A DNA stretch of 64,000 nucleotides from an uncultured Candidatus Saccharibacteria bacterium (GCA_964362305.1 CAYIDY010000001.1:1526-65525), one strand, 5' to 3'. Positions 9,536 through 19,643 are shown, counted from the stretch's first letter. The notes: generated by a model from the letters alone, not told the origin. Program-made: numbers and translations.

Positions 9536-9608
9536 TGGACCCTACAGGACTCGAACCTGCCACCCCCTCATTGCAAATGAGGTGCTCTACCAGATGAGCT
9601 AAGGGCCC
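9536..9608 (-). tRNA. tRNA-Ala (anticodon TGC)
   Basis: Reverse complement is GGGCCCTTAGCTCATCTGGTAGAGCACCTCATTTGCAATGAGGGGGTGGCAGGTTCGAGTCCTGTAGGGTCCA. It folds as a cloverleaf with a G3:U70 Ala identity pair, D-arm GCTC/GAGC, anticodon loop TTTGCAA, T-loop TTCGAGT and discriminator A. CCA is not encoded. Confidence 0.9.
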
Positions 9609-9637
9609 AATACCTACAGCGACAATCTACCATTTGT

Positions 9638-10654
9638 TTATCGTCTCGCCAACTGGATAATGTGCTCAAGGAGCTCTCGGAGAGACGAGCCAACGGCTTC
9701 AAGTTTGTGATGGAATGCAGAGCCTTCATACAAATGCGGCAGGGCGTCGACTTCCAAGAGATAGGGTCCGCGGCGGGTGAGTATAAAATCGGCGCGGGAA
9801 TAGTGTGATAGCCCAAGCGCCTTATGCGCCGCACGGGCTGCATCCATAAGTGCCGCTTTTTCCACGTCCGAAAACGAGGCAGGAATCAAATGTCTCAGCT
9901 CCCCACTTGTATGATGGTGAAAATGAAGAAAAGGCGATTCTTCAGGATACAGAACATGTGCGGGCGGAAGAACATACAGCTCTTCTCCACGAAAACCTTC
10001 GACGACGCCGACGCTCGCCTCTTCCCCGGTGACGTACTCTTCGACGATGGCAGAACCATATTCATCCAAGACATCGCCGACAACATCGGGTAATTCAATA
10101 ATCGTGAATGCCATGCGAATACCTTCGGAGGCTCCGAGCGTCGCTGGCTTTACAATGTACGGCGGTGCAAACTTTGAAAAAATAAAGCGTGCTATCTCAC
10201 CGGTGTCTCTATACTGACCATGGTTAAAGCCATATCCGCGCGGTATTTGTATGTTGTTGTCAGTAAAAATTGCGCGAGCTCGAGCCTTATTAAGTGCGAG
10301 TGCCAATGAAAGTGGCCGCGACCCGGTGTATGGAACACCTGCACGCTCAAGTATGCGTGTCACCGTTCCGTCTTCACCAATGCCTCCATGCAGTGCGTTC
10401 AATGCAACGTCGATGTTTGAAAGAGCTCGTGCAGGCTCTACCGGCATGCCACGTGAATGCCATACACCTTGTTTATCGATAAAAATATCGCGGACGTCGA
10501 ATTTGTCTTCGGGTAAAGCGCGTAACATCGCGGTTCCAGTTTTAAGCGAGATGTCGTACTCGGGTGACGTTCCACCACGAAGCACGCCGACGACAGAGCG
10601 GGACATGCTGAGAAGTATACCTTCACTATCGTCGCGTTTATGCGACTTGTTCAC
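9638..10654 (-). CDS. ddl: D-alanine--D-alanine ligase
   Basis: ATP-grasp Ddl signature regions (GGTSPEYDISL, HGGIGEDG, LEVDALPHLYEGSAF). It lies 3 nt downstream of uvrC. Confidence 0.9.
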   Translation of the reverse strand: MNKSHKRDDSEGILLSMSRSVVGVLRGGTSPEYDISLKTGTAMLRALPEDKFDVRDIFIDKQGVWHSRGMPVEPARALSNIDVALNALHGGIGEDGTVTRILERAGVPYTGSRPLSLALALNKARARAIFTDNNIQIPRGYGFNHGQYRDTGEIARFIFSKFAPPYIVKPATLGASEGIRMAFTIIELPDVVGDVLDEYGSAIVEEYVTGEEASVGVVEGFRGEELYVLPPAHVLYPEESPFLHFHHHTSGELRHLIPASFSDVEKAALMDAARAAHKALGLSHYSRADFILTRRGPYLLEVDALPHLYEGSAFHHKLEAVGSSLRELLEHIIQLARR

Positions 10655-10657
10655 ACC

Positions 10658-11869
10658 TCAAAACATTCGATTGCGCTGTCTATTTCGATGCCATCCGATT
10701 GCGTACCGATGTGCCTCGCTGTTTGCGAGAAGAATTTCCTTTTCATATGCGCGTACCAATTTTTCATCACCCGCGAGACGAACCGGGCGATGAAATTCAT
10801 CTTTGACGACGCCGATTACAGGAATGGCTACGCCGGCCTTCTTTAATACGCGTTCCGCCGAGCGAATCTGCGCAGTCGAGCCATCAACGATAATAATTCG
10901 AGGCATGTGCCATTCCGAATGAGCGAGGCGGCGCTCCAAAATTTCCGCGAGCGCGGCAACATCATTATTCGTTACCGTGCGGATTTTAAATTTACGATAT
11001 TCTTCTTTACGCGCTTCCCCACCTAAAACGACCGTCATAACTCCGACGGTTTCGGAGCCAGCGGTATGCGCAACGTCGTACGCTTCAATACGAAACGCCC
11101 CGCCCGCAGAGACGCGGTACTCGTCCTTGATTAACGAGACATCGCGTATATGTGTGAGCGCACTCACTTTCTTGCGCAATTTTTCTGCCCTCTCAAAGTG
11201 TTCGCCCTTTGAAGCAATTTTCATTTCACTTTCGAGTCGTCGGCGCAAAGAGCCCATTTTTCCGCTAAATAGCTCGACAATGTTCTTTACCGTCTGTGCG
11301 TACTCTTTTTGTGTCACCGCTTGAGAACAAACACCGGGGCACAATCCTAGTTGCGCGTTGAAACATGGTTTCCCCGACTCCGGAGTGCATTTGTCGCGAT
11401 AGGGGAAAATTTTTCGAATGAGTTTTAGCGCTTCTTTGAGTGCTCCTCCTTGAGGAAATGGCCCAAAGAGCCGCTTGATATCGGCGTCGTTCCAGGATTG
11501 AAATAGCTCACGTCCTCGCACGGGAAGTATGCGTGGGTACGGTTCTTTCGTGACGACAAGATAGTTAAAACTTTTGTTGTCTTTCTGGTCGACATTGTAA
11601 AAAGGTTGGTGTTTTTTAATTAAGTTCGCCTCCAAAATCAGGGCCTCAAGAACAGATTCAGTCGTTTCCCATTCGATGGACGTGGCCTTCTCTACCATTC
11701 CTCGTATTGCACTCGAGCGGGTCTCCGCGAGGTCATGAGCGAAATAACTGCGCACGCGGTCTCTCAAACTCGCCGCTTTTCCTATGTACAGAATTTTCCC
11801 CGCATCCATGAATTTGTAGACGCCAGGATTGTCCGGGAGCGCAATTTTTTTCAAATCTTCACGAATCAT
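10658..11869 (-). CDS. uvrC: excinuclease ABC subunit C, compact form lacking the C-terminal (HhH)2 domain
   Basis: N-terminal GIY-YIG (PGVYKFMDAGKILYIGKA...R...YF), a Cys-rich region, a UvrB-interaction region and an RNase H-like endonuclease domain (IEAYDVAHTAG). The ORF ends at 403 aa with no HhH tail. Confidence 0.85.
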   Translation of the reverse strand: MIREDLKKIALPDNPGVYKFMDAGKILYIGKAASLRDRVRSYFAHDLAETRSSAIRGMVEKATSIEWETTESVLEALILEANLIKKHQPFYNVDQKDNKSFNYLVVTKEPYPRILPVRGRELFQSWNDADIKRLFGPFPQGGALKEALKLIRKIFPYRDKCTPESGKPCFNAQLGLCPGVCSQAVTQKEYAQTVKNIVELFSGKMGSLRRRLESEMKIASKGEHFERAEKLRKKVSALTHIRDVSLIKDEYRVSAGGAFRIEAYDVAHTAGSETVGVMTVVLGGEARKEEYRKFKIRTVTNNDVAALAEILERRLAHSEWHMPRIIIVDGSTAQIRSAERVLKKAGVAIPVIGVVKDEFHRPVRLAGDEKLVRAYEKEILLANSEAHRYAIGWHRNRQRNRMF

Positions 11870-11917
11870 CCGAATACACTACACGACGTGTGACGGTTAT
11901 GCACACCTACAAATTTT

Positions 11918-11945
11918 TTGACTCGGAGCGCGCTTCGTGTATACT
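11918..11945 (+). promoter_or_regulatory. sigma70-like promoter for carAB, with -10 box abutting the start codon
   Basis: TTGACT (11918-11923), a 16-nt spacer, then TATACT (11940-11945). The -10 overlaps the annotated GTG (11937). The conserved CarA N-terminus aligns from ATG 11955, implying a leaderless or near-leaderless mRNA. Confidence 0.5.
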
Positions 11946-12980
11946 GCTATTTTAATGTATCTCCATCTCAAGGACGGCACAAAATTCCTTGGAAAATCAT
12001 TTGGTTCTGATAATGCGGCCTCGGGAGAGGTCGTTTTTAGTACTGGGATGGTGGGCTACGTCGAGAGTCTTACCGACCCTTCATACGCAGGGCAAATTTT
12101 GGTCTGCACCTTCCCTCTTGTCGGCAATTATGGGGTTCCCGAGGAGAAGTTTTTTGAATCAAACAAAATTCAAGTAGCGGGGCTCGTAGTTTCTGAGTAT
12201 GGCGACGCGTATTCACACGCGGATGCGAAACTCTCGCTGAGTACCTGGCTGAAACGCTCCGGAGTTCCCGCCATTACCGGCGTAGACACACGTGCACTCA
12301 CGAAGAAATTGCGCGAACACGGCGTGATGCTCGGCGCGCTTTCTGACAAACGACCAAAGAAATTCGTTGATCCCAATAAAGAAAATTTGGTTGCAAATGT
12401 CTCGCCTACAGAAGTCCAAACGTATGGCACGGGCACCAAAAAAATCGTTCTTGTCGACTGCGGCGCCAAAGAAAACATTGTGCGCTCGCTTGTCGCACGA
12501 GGCGCCACAGTCATTCGTGTACCGTGGGACTACGACTTCACAAAACTTGATTATGACGGCCTCCTTCTTTCTAATGGCCCCGGCGACCCGACGCGCTGTG
12601 GCATCACGATTGCGCACATTAAAAAAGCAATGGCGCAAAAGAAACCGATTTTGGGAATTTGCCTGGGCAATCAATTGCTGGCACTCGCTGCCGGTGCAAA
12701 GACGTACAAACTCAAGTACGGTCACCGTTCACACAATCAGCCATGCATCGATGCACTGACCGGTCGTTGTTACATCACTTCGCAAAATCATGGATTTGCT
12801 GTGAATGAGAAAACATTGCCACGGGACTGGAGTCCTTGGTTTACGAACGCCAACGACAATTCGAACGAAGGAATACGACATAAAAAAATGCCTTGGCGCT
12901 CCGCCCAATTTCATCCCGAAGCAACTCCAGGCCCTACCGACACCGCGTGGCTGTTTGATGAATTCATTGCTTCACTATGA
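11937..12980 (+). CDS. carA: carbamoyl-phosphate synthase small (glutaminase) subunit
   Basis: Class-I GATase motif GICLGNQLLALAAG and a CarA N-domain. The stop overlaps the carB start (ATGA). The true start is probably ATG 11955. Confidence 0.95.
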   Translation: MYTAILMYLHLKDGTKFLGKSFGSDNAASGEVVFSTGMVGYVESLTDPSYAGQILVCTFPLVGNYGVPEEKFFESNKIQVAGLVVSEYGDAYSHADAKLSLSTWLKRSGVPAITGVDTRALTKKLREHGVMLGALSDKRPKKFVDPNKENLVANVSPTEVQTYGTGTKKIVLVDCGAKENIVRSLVARGATVIRVPWDYDFTKLDYDGLLLSNGPGDPTRCGITIAHIKKAMAQKKPILGICLGNQLLALAAGAKTYKLKYGHRSHNQPCIDALTGRCYITSQNHGFAVNEKTLPRDWSPWFTNANDNSNEGIRHKKMPWRSAQFHPEATPGPTDTAWLFDEFIASL

Positions 12981-15900
12981 AAAAACTAAAAAAAGTTCTT
13001 ATTCTTGGTTCCGGCGGCCTCAAGATTGGCCAGGCCGGTGAGTTTGATTATTCGGGTTCGCAAGCAATCAAGGCGTTGAAAGAAGAAGGAATCAAAACAG
13101 TGCTCATCAATCCAAATATTGCGACGGTGCAAACAGACAAAAAATTGGCAGACGAGGTGTACTTTCTTCCACTTACCGAGCATTTCGCAGAGCAGGTCAT
13201 CATCAAGGAAAAGCCGGATGCTATTTTGCTGGGCTTTGGTGGACAAACAGCTCTCAATTTGGGATTAGCGCTTGAAAAAAGCGGCATACTCAAAAAGCAC
13301 AAGGTGGAAGTCCTTGGCACCCCCGTTTCGACAATACGGGACACCGAAGACCGAGACCTTTTCATTAAGCGGTTAAATGAAATCGGCGTTAACACAGCGC
13401 GCAGTCAGGCTGTTACGACTATCGAGGAGGCAAAAAGAGTTGCGGAGGCTATCGGGTACCCGCTTATGATGCGTTCAGCATTCGCGCTCGGGGGGCAGGG
13501 TTCGGGGGTCGTTTCTACAGAAGAGGCTCTCGAGAAGAAATTATCAGAAGCTTTTTCTACAAGCCCACAAGTCTTAATCGAAGAAAACTTGACGGGTTGG
13601 AAGGAGGTGGAATACGAGGTTGTGCGTGACAGAGCAGACAACTGCATCACGGTGTGCAACATGGAGAACATCGACCCCATGGGCGTACATACGGGCGAAA
13701 GTATCGTCATAGCACCATCACAGACGCTCAATAACGAAGAATATCATCGCCTCCGAGAAGTCGCGATAAAGACCATTCGCCATCTCGGCGTTGTTGGCGA
13801 ATGCAACATTCAATACGCATTAAATCCGGAGAACGGTGATTATCGGGTAATTGAAGTCAATGCACGCCTCTCTCGTTCGTCGGCTCTTGCGTCAAAAGCG
13901 ACAGGCTACCCGCTTGCATTCGTCGCTGCGAAATTAGCGCTTGGGTACACTCTTCCGGAATTGAAAAACTCGATTACAAAAACAACAACTGCCTGTTTTG
14001 AACCAGCGCTCGATTACGTTGTTTTGAAAATGCCGCGCTGGGACCTCAATAAGTTTGAAAATGCAACGACGAATATCGGGACGGAAATGAAGAGTGTCGG
14101 CGAAGTTATGGCAATCGGGCGCTCGTTTGAGGAAGTTTTGCAAAAGGCGATGCGCATGCTTTCTATCGGTGCGCACGGATTTACCGCAAATAACGCACTT
14201 TTCAAAAGGTCGAACTACCGGCATGAAATTGAACACCCGACAACAACGCGTATTTTCGCGCTTGCGCACGCGCTCCGAGAGGGCGTAACGATAGAAGAGC
14301 TGCACGCTCTGTCAAAAATCGACAAATGGTTCCTTGAGAAGATGAGCAACATAGTTGCGTGCGAACAGTCATTAATGAAAACCAAACTGGATGCAGACAC
14401 TATGCTTGCTGTTAAAAAATTAGGATTTTCTGATGCGCAGATTGCCTCAATCACGAAAAGTACCGACGAAAAAGTGCGTGCACTGCGAAAGAAACTTAAA
14501 GTGCTCCCCTTCATCAAACAGATAGACACGCTTGCGGGTGAATTCCCCGCAAAAACCAACTACCTCTACATGACCTATCACGGGCTCGAACACGACGTGC
14601 GACCCGGTAAACGCGGCACCTTGGTATTGGGAAGCGGCCCCTACTGCATAGGTTCATCGGTTGAATTCGATTGGTGCAATGTCCAAGCACTGAAACGTCT
14701 TCGCGCAGAGAAAATTGAAACAATCATGCTGAACTGCAACCCGGAGACTGTTTCTACGGACTACGACGAATCCGACCGACTGTACTTTGATGAGTTGTCT
14801 CTTGAGCGAGTGATGGATATCGTTGAATTCGAGAAAACAAGAGGAGTCATTGTTTCCATGGGCGGCCAAATCCCGAATAATCTTGCATTAAAATTGCACA
14901 AACGCGGCGTAAAAATCCTCGGCACGCACCCCGATAACATTGATCGCGCAGAAGACCGCCATCTTTTTTCGAAGCTTTTGGACAAGATTGGAGTGCATCA
15001 ACCACTGTGGACGGAAGTTACGTCTCCAGAGCAGGCAGCAAAAATCGCCAAAGAAATGGAGTACCCGGTTTTGGTGCGCCCTTCATATGTACTTTCGGGA
15101 GCGGCGATGAATGTCGCCTTCGACGAAGAAGCGCTCTTGAAATTCCTCGGTCGAGCTACACAAGTATCAAGCGATCACCCGGTCGTCATTTCAAAATTCA
15201 TGGAGAACGCACGAGAAATAGAAATTGACGGTGTCGCACAAAACGGAGAGCTCGCGCTGTATGCTATTTCCGAACACGTTGAAAATGCGGGAACGCACTC
15301 GGGCGATGCGACAGTAGTTCTTCCTCCGCAGCGTACCTACTTAGAAACTATTCGTAGAGCAAAAAGTATCACAAAAAAAGTAGTGAAGGAGTTGGAAATC
15401 TCTGGCCCGTTTAACATGCAGTTTCTCGCAAAAGAGAATCAGCTTATGGTCATTGAGTGCAATGTGCGCGCATCACGCAGCTTTCCTTTTGTCTCTAAGG
15501 TCACCGGCTACAACTTTGCGGAAAAAGCGACAGAAGTGCTGTTGGGTAAAGATATTAAGGCGGAGTACCGCACTGTTGAATTAGATTGGGTTGGCGTAAA
15601 GTCGCCGCAGTTTTCGTACGGCCGCATTAAAGGAGCGGACCCTATTTCATACGTTGAAATGACGGCAACGGGAGAAGTGGCGTGTTTTGGAGATTCGTAC
15701 GCAGAGGCACTTCTCAAATCAATGCTCGCGGCAAACTTCAGGATACCTAAGAAGAATATCCTTGTATCTTTGGGTGGCGATGAACACAAAGTAAAACTGC
15801 TTCCCGCGCTTCAAAAAATGCACGAGATGAACTACAAGCTCTTTGGCACACTACACACCGCCGAATTCTTGAAAGAAAACGGTATCCCGTGTGTACTTTT

Positions 15901-16153
15901 GTACAAAATATCCGACAAACAAGAACCAAGCACTATCTCTGCGGTTGAGAGCGGGAACATTGACCTTATCATCAACGTTCCGGTAAAAGCACTCGCTCGA
16001 GATAGTGCGGATGGCTTTGACATACGTCGCAAAGCAGTAGACCTTAATATTCCCCTCATCACGAACCGCCAGCTCGCCGAAGGTTTTATGTTTGCGCTGT
16101 GGGAAATGCGAAACGATGAGCTCGATTCGAAGTCTTGGAATGAGTATCGATAG
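12977..16153 (+). CDS. carB: carbamoyl-phosphate synthase large subunit
   Basis: 1058 aa with duplicated ATP-grasp halves and a C-terminal MGS-like domain (e.g. GGQTALNLGLALEKSGILKK, repeated VEFDWCNVQA). Confidence 0.95.
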   Translation: MKKLKKVLILGSGGLKIGQAGEFDYSGSQAIKALKEEGIKTVLINPNIATVQTDKKLADEVYFLPLTEHFAEQVIIKEKPDAILLGFGGQTALNLGLALEKSGILKKHKVEVLGTPVSTIRDTEDRDLFIKRLNEIGVNTARSQAVTTIEEAKRVAEAIGYPLMMRSAFALGGQGSGVVSTEEALEKKLSEAFSTSPQVLIEENLTGWKEVEYEVVRDRADNCITVCNMENIDPMGVHTGESIVIAPSQTLNNEEYHRLREVAIKTIRHLGVVGECNIQYALNPENGDYRVIEVNARLSRSSALASKATGYPLAFVAAKLALGYTLPELKNSITKTTTACFEPALDYVVLKMPRWDLNKFENATTNIGTEMKSVGEVMAIGRSFEEVLQKAMRMLSIGAHGFTANNALFKRSNYRHEIEHPTTTRIFALAHALREGVTIEELHALSKIDKWFLEKMSNIVACEQSLMKTKLDADTMLAVKKLGFSDAQIASITKSTDEKVRALRKKLKVLPFIKQIDTLAGEFPAKTNYLYMTYHGLEHDVRPGKRGTLVLGSGPYCIGSSVEFDWCNVQALKRLRAEKIETIMLNCNPETVSTDYDESDRLYFDELSLERVMDIVEFEKTRGVIVSMGGQIPNNLALKLHKRGVKILGTHPDNIDRAEDRHLFSKLLDKIGVHQPLWTEVTSPEQAAKIAKEMEYPVLVRPSYVLSGAAMNVAFDEEALLKFLGRATQVSSDHPVVISKFMENAREIEIDGVAQNGELALYAISEHVENAGTHSGDATVVLPPQRTYLETIRRAKSITKKVVKELEISGPFNMQFLAKENQLMVIECNVRASRSFPFVSKVTGYNFAEKATEVLLGKDIKAEYRTVELDWVGVKSPQFSYGRIKGADPISYVEMTATGEVACFGDSYAEALLKSMLAANFRIPKKNILVSLGGDEHKVKLLPALQKMHEMNYKLFGTLHTAEFLKENGIPCVLLYKISDKQEPSTISAVESGNIDLIINVPVKALARDSADGFDIRRKAVDLNIPLITNRQLAEGFMFALWEMRNDELDSKSWNEYR

Positions 16154-16170
16154 CGTGTAGACTTGGCCCC

Positions 16171-17799
16171 ATGAAAGCCTCAAAATTATTCGTTAAGTGT
16201 TTGGAGGCCGCCGGAGTAAAGCGCATGTTTGGAGTACCGGGCGAAGAAAACCTTGCTTTTTTAGATGCGGTTCGTGATTCTAAGATAGAGTTTATAACTA
16301 CGCGTGACGAACAGTCCGCCGTTTTTATGGCTGCGACAGTGGGTCGTTTGACGGGGCGCGTTGGGGTTGCGCTCTCTACTCTTGGTCCCGGTGCGACAAA
16401 TTTGGTAACGGGCGTTGCGTATGCCAACCTCGGCGCCATGCCAGTTCTTGTGATAACGGGACAGAAACCTATCCGCGCAAGTAAACAAGGTCAGTTTCAG
16501 ATTATTGACGTTGTGCGCATGATGGAGCCGATAACGAAATATGCGCGAACCATTCCGAGCGCCTCTCGCATTCCGAGCATGGTGTATGAAGCGATAAAAA
16601 TGGCGGAATCTGAACGCCCGGGCGCGGTGCATCTTGAATTTCCCGAAGATATTGCAGAAGAAGAATCCCGAGAACAGCCAATGGAATGGAAAAAGGTTCG
16701 TCGTCCTAACCCGGATGACAAGTCCATTGAAATGGCAGCGACAATGCTCAAAAAAGCAAAGCGCCCAATAATCGTCATTGGTACCGGCGCAAATCGAAAA
16801 CTCATTAGAAACCAGCTTCGTAATTTTATTAGTAGTACCGGCATCCCGTTTGTTACAACGCAAATGGGTAAAGGCGTTGAAGATGAGAGCGACGAACGAT
16901 ATTTGGGAACCACAGCACTTTCTTCCGGCGATTTCATGCACCGTGCGCTTGAGAAGTCAGATTGTCTGTTGATGGTGGGGCACGATATCGTGGAGAAACC
17001 GCCTGTTCTGACTCATTCAAAAACAACCATCATTCACGTCAACTTTTCACCTGCCTCAGTTGATGCCGTGTACAACCCGACACTCGAGGTCATCGGTGAC
17101 ATTTCACACGCTCTGTGGGTACTTTCAGAAAAATTGAGCGGTACCATATGGGACACAAAAATATTTTCGAAATACAAGAAAGCGCTTGCGAAGGACATTG
17201 AAGATAAGGCAAAAGACGACGCATGCCCTTTAAAACCGCAGCGTATCGTTTCAGATTTGCGCGCGTCTATCCCGCGAGACGGCGTACTATCGCTCGACAA
17301 CGGGATGTATAAAATCTGGATAGCTCGCAACTACCCAGCGTATGAACAAAATTCCGTTCTCTTAGATAATGCACTAGCGAGTATGGGTGCGGGGCTTCCC
17401 GTTGGTATCGCCACAAAAATGCTTTTCCCAAAAAAGCCTGTCGTTGTGCTTGCGGGTGATGGCGGTTTTATGATGAATGTAGCGGAACTTGAAACCGCAG
17501 TGCGCCTCAAGCAAGAACTTGTTATTGTCATACTGAATGATAACGGCTATGGCATGATTAAATGGAAACAGTCAGCAATGAAGTTGAAGAACTTTGGGCT
17601 TACTTTTACCAATCCTGACTTCGTAAAACTTGCCGAGGCGTTTGGCGCGCGAGGAGTGCGCATTACGAAAGCGGTACAATTTAAAACGGAGGTTGAAAAA
17701 GCACTAAAAAGTGGCGGCGTGCATGTTATTGACGTGCCAATTGACTACAGTGAAAACGCGTCTCTGAACTCACTTTCCAAACGAACAGCATCACTATAA
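16171..17799 (+). CDS. thiamine-diphosphate enzyme of the acetolactate synthase / 2-ketoacid decarboxylase family
   Basis: N-terminal TPP pyrimidine-binding domain (GVPGEENLAFLDA...TLGPGATNL), a central domain and a C-terminal TPP-binding GDGGF motif (LAGDGGFMMNVAELET). Confidence 0.85.
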   Translation: MKASKLFVKCLEAAGVKRMFGVPGEENLAFLDAVRDSKIEFITTRDEQSAVFMAATVGRLTGRVGVALSTLGPGATNLVTGVAYANLGAMPVLVITGQKPIRASKQGQFQIIDVVRMMEPITKYARTIPSASRIPSMVYEAIKMAESERPGAVHLEFPEDIAEEESREQPMEWKKVRRPNPDDKSIEMAATMLKKAKRPIIVIGTGANRKLIRNQLRNFISSTGIPFVTTQMGKGVEDESDERYLGTTALSSGDFMHRALEKSDCLLMVGHDIVEKPPVLTHSKTTIIHVNFSPASVDAVYNPTLEVIGDISHALWVLSEKLSGTIWDTKIFSKYKKALAKDIEDKAKDDACPLKPQRIVSDLRASIPRDGVLSLDNGMYKIWIARNYPAYEQNSVLLDNALASMGAGLPVGIATKMLFPKKPVVVLAGDGGFMMNVAELETAVRLKQELVIVILNDNGYGMIKWKQSAMKLKNFGLTFTNPDFVKLAEAFGARGVRITKAVQFKTEVEKALKSGGVHVIDVPIDYSENASLNSLSKRTASL

Positions 17800-17808
17800 T
17801 CTGTCCGT

Positions 17809-19188
17809 ATGTTTAAACCGCTCATTTCAATAAATCCCGCAACGGGCGCAGTGTTTGCCGAAACAGATCAAATGAGCGAGGTGGCGCTAAGACAAGCGCT
17901 TGAGCGCGCTTTCACTACTCAAACAGAATGGCGTAGCACGTCGTTTGAAAAGCGAGTTCGCATGATGAAAAAACTGGCCACACTGCTCCGAAAACAGAAG
18001 AAAGCTCTCGCAGAAACAATTACTAAAGAAATGGGTAAGACGCTCGCAGCAGCTGAAGGCGAGATTGAAAAATGCGCGCTGGTATGCGAGTTTTATGCGC
18101 TGAATGCTAAAAAAATACTTACTCCCGAGCGCGCAAAATCAGACGCTAAAAAAAGTTACGTGCGCTTCGATCCATTAGGTGTAGTGCTTGCCGTCATGCC
18201 GTGGAACTTCCCTTTCTGGCAGGTATTTCGATTCGCTGCTCCTGCGCTAATGGCTGGCAATGTCGGACTTCTCAAGCACGCGTCAAACGTACAGCGTAGC
18301 TCAGCATGTATACAAAAACTGTTTACCGACGCCGGCTTCCCATCAGGCGCGTTCACAAATCTCGCAATTTCATCTGACCGCGTTGAGGGCGTCATTCGTG
18401 ACCCACGCGTTGCGGCTGTAACACTTACGGGAAGCGAGAGGGCGGGGGCACATGTAGCGCGTGTCGCCGGTGAGGAATTGAAGAAAACAGTACTTGAGCT
18501 TGGCGGCTCTGACCCTTTTATTGTCCTTAAAGATGCGGATATTGAAAAGGCCACGACCGCCGCTGTTACAGCGCGCATGCAGAATAATGCCGGGCAAAGC
18601 TGTATTTCCGCGAAGCGCTTTATTGTGGACAAAAAAATTGAAGAAAAGTTTACTGCCGTGCTCGTCGCGAAAGTAAAGGCATTACACGTCGGCGACCCGA
18701 CAAAGCCAGAGACACATGTCGGTCCTTTGGCAAGCGAACAGATGCTGCTCGATATCGAACGTCAGGTGAACGAAAGTGTGACAAAAGGTGCGAAAATTCT
18801 GGCAGGTGGTGCGCGCGTTGGGACTCGGGGGTTCTTTTTTGCACCAACGGTGCTCTCTGGCGTTCAAAAAGGTGTCCCCGCCTTCGACGAAGAGCTTTTT
18901 GGTCCTGTCTTGCCGATTATCACATTTGCAACTGAGGACGAGGCGATTGCGCTCGCAAATGACACGCCGTATGGTCTTGGTGCAACGATATTTACAAAGA
19001 ATACTGCGAAAGCTGAAAAGCTCGCCGCGCGCATTGATTCCGGTTGCGTATTCATTAATTCGCCGGTCAAAAGCGACCCTCGACTCCCCTTCGGCGGGGT
19101 AAAGAAAAGCGGGTACGGCCGCGAGCTTTCGCACTATGGCATTAAGGAGTTTGTGAATATTAAAACAATTTCTATTAGTAGGGTATGA
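17809..19188 (+). CDS. NAD(P)-dependent aldehyde dehydrogenase (GabD-like)
   Basis: ALDH family motifs including the glutamate active site region LELGGSDP and the catalytic Cys region (NAGQSCISAKRF). Confidence 0.9.
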   Translation: MFKPLISINPATGAVFAETDQMSEVALRQALERAFTTQTEWRSTSFEKRVRMMKKLATLLRKQKKALAETITKEMGKTLAAAEGEIEKCALVCEFYALNAKKILTPERAKSDAKKSYVRFDPLGVVLAVMPWNFPFWQVFRFAAPALMAGNVGLLKHASNVQRSSACIQKLFTDAGFPSGAFTNLAISSDRVEGVIRDPRVAAVTLTGSERAGAHVARVAGEELKKTVLELGGSDPFIVLKDADIEKATTAAVTARMQNNAGQSCISAKRFIVDKKIEEKFTAVLVAKVKALHVGDPTKPETHVGPLASEQMLLDIERQVNESVTKGAKILAGGARVGTRGFFFAPTVLSGVQKGVPAFDEELFGPVLPIITFATEDEAIALANDTPYGLGATIFTKNTAKAEKLAARIDSGCVFINSPVKSDPRLPFGGVKKSGYGRELSHYGIKEFVNIKTISISRV

Positions 19189-19643
19189 ACGAAGAGCTAA
19201 ATGAACAGCCTCGCGATGGGATCTTTAAACGCGTTGCAAAGCTCGAGCCGAATTGGGACAAGCTTCCGCGAGTCGGATTTGGCGACCTGGTTCTCGATAC
19301 GGAAACATTGCTGGTTGTCTTAAAAGAAGGGCCGGATACAGGGACTGACAGACTTCAGAGTGTGGCGCTTACACAGAGCGAAATGGAGATACTGAGACTT
19401 CTCATCATCCTCAGCGATGTGCAGTCTACCTTCGGTGCTGTAGTAAGTACTCCCGAATTTCAAGAGTGGCTCGATTACAGAGTTCGAATACCCAAAGGTG
19501 GTGTGAATGCTATTGGGAACAGCACGCGTGTTGAAGATAATATGCTGATAAGTTTGAGGAAGAAATTGCGTTCGCTACCTGGGAATCGTGTTACCCTTGT
19601 CAACACATATAAGTCTCGATGGCATTTAGAACGAAGTTCCTAG
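19185..19643 (+). CDS. hypothetical protein, possible LuxR-like HTH
   Basis: 152 aa, overlaps the ALDH stop by 4 nt. The segment ALTQSEMEILRLL...STRVEDNMLISLRKKL weakly resembles a LuxR-type HTH. Confidence 0.4.
   Translation: MNEELNEQPRDGIFKRVAKLEPNWDKLPRVGFGDLVLDTETLLVVLKEGPDTGTDRLQSVALTQSEMEILRLLIILSDVQSTFGAVVSTPEFQEWLDYRVRIPKGGVNAIGNSTRVEDNMLISLRKKLRSLPGNRVTLVNTYKSRWHLERSS

Noticed and set aside
9274-9602. Track ORFs 9274..9597 and 9300..9602 (plus) and 9207..9494 (minus)
   Set aside because: They overlap the confidently folded tRNA-Ala and its terminator, and their composition is Arg/Pro-rich noise.
12213-12725. 170-aa antisense ORF inside carA (and similar antisense ORFs inside carB, uvrA, uvrB and the large surface genes)
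   Set aside because: They lie fully within strongly supported genes on the opposite strand and have no recognisable motifs. They are typical spurious ORFs.
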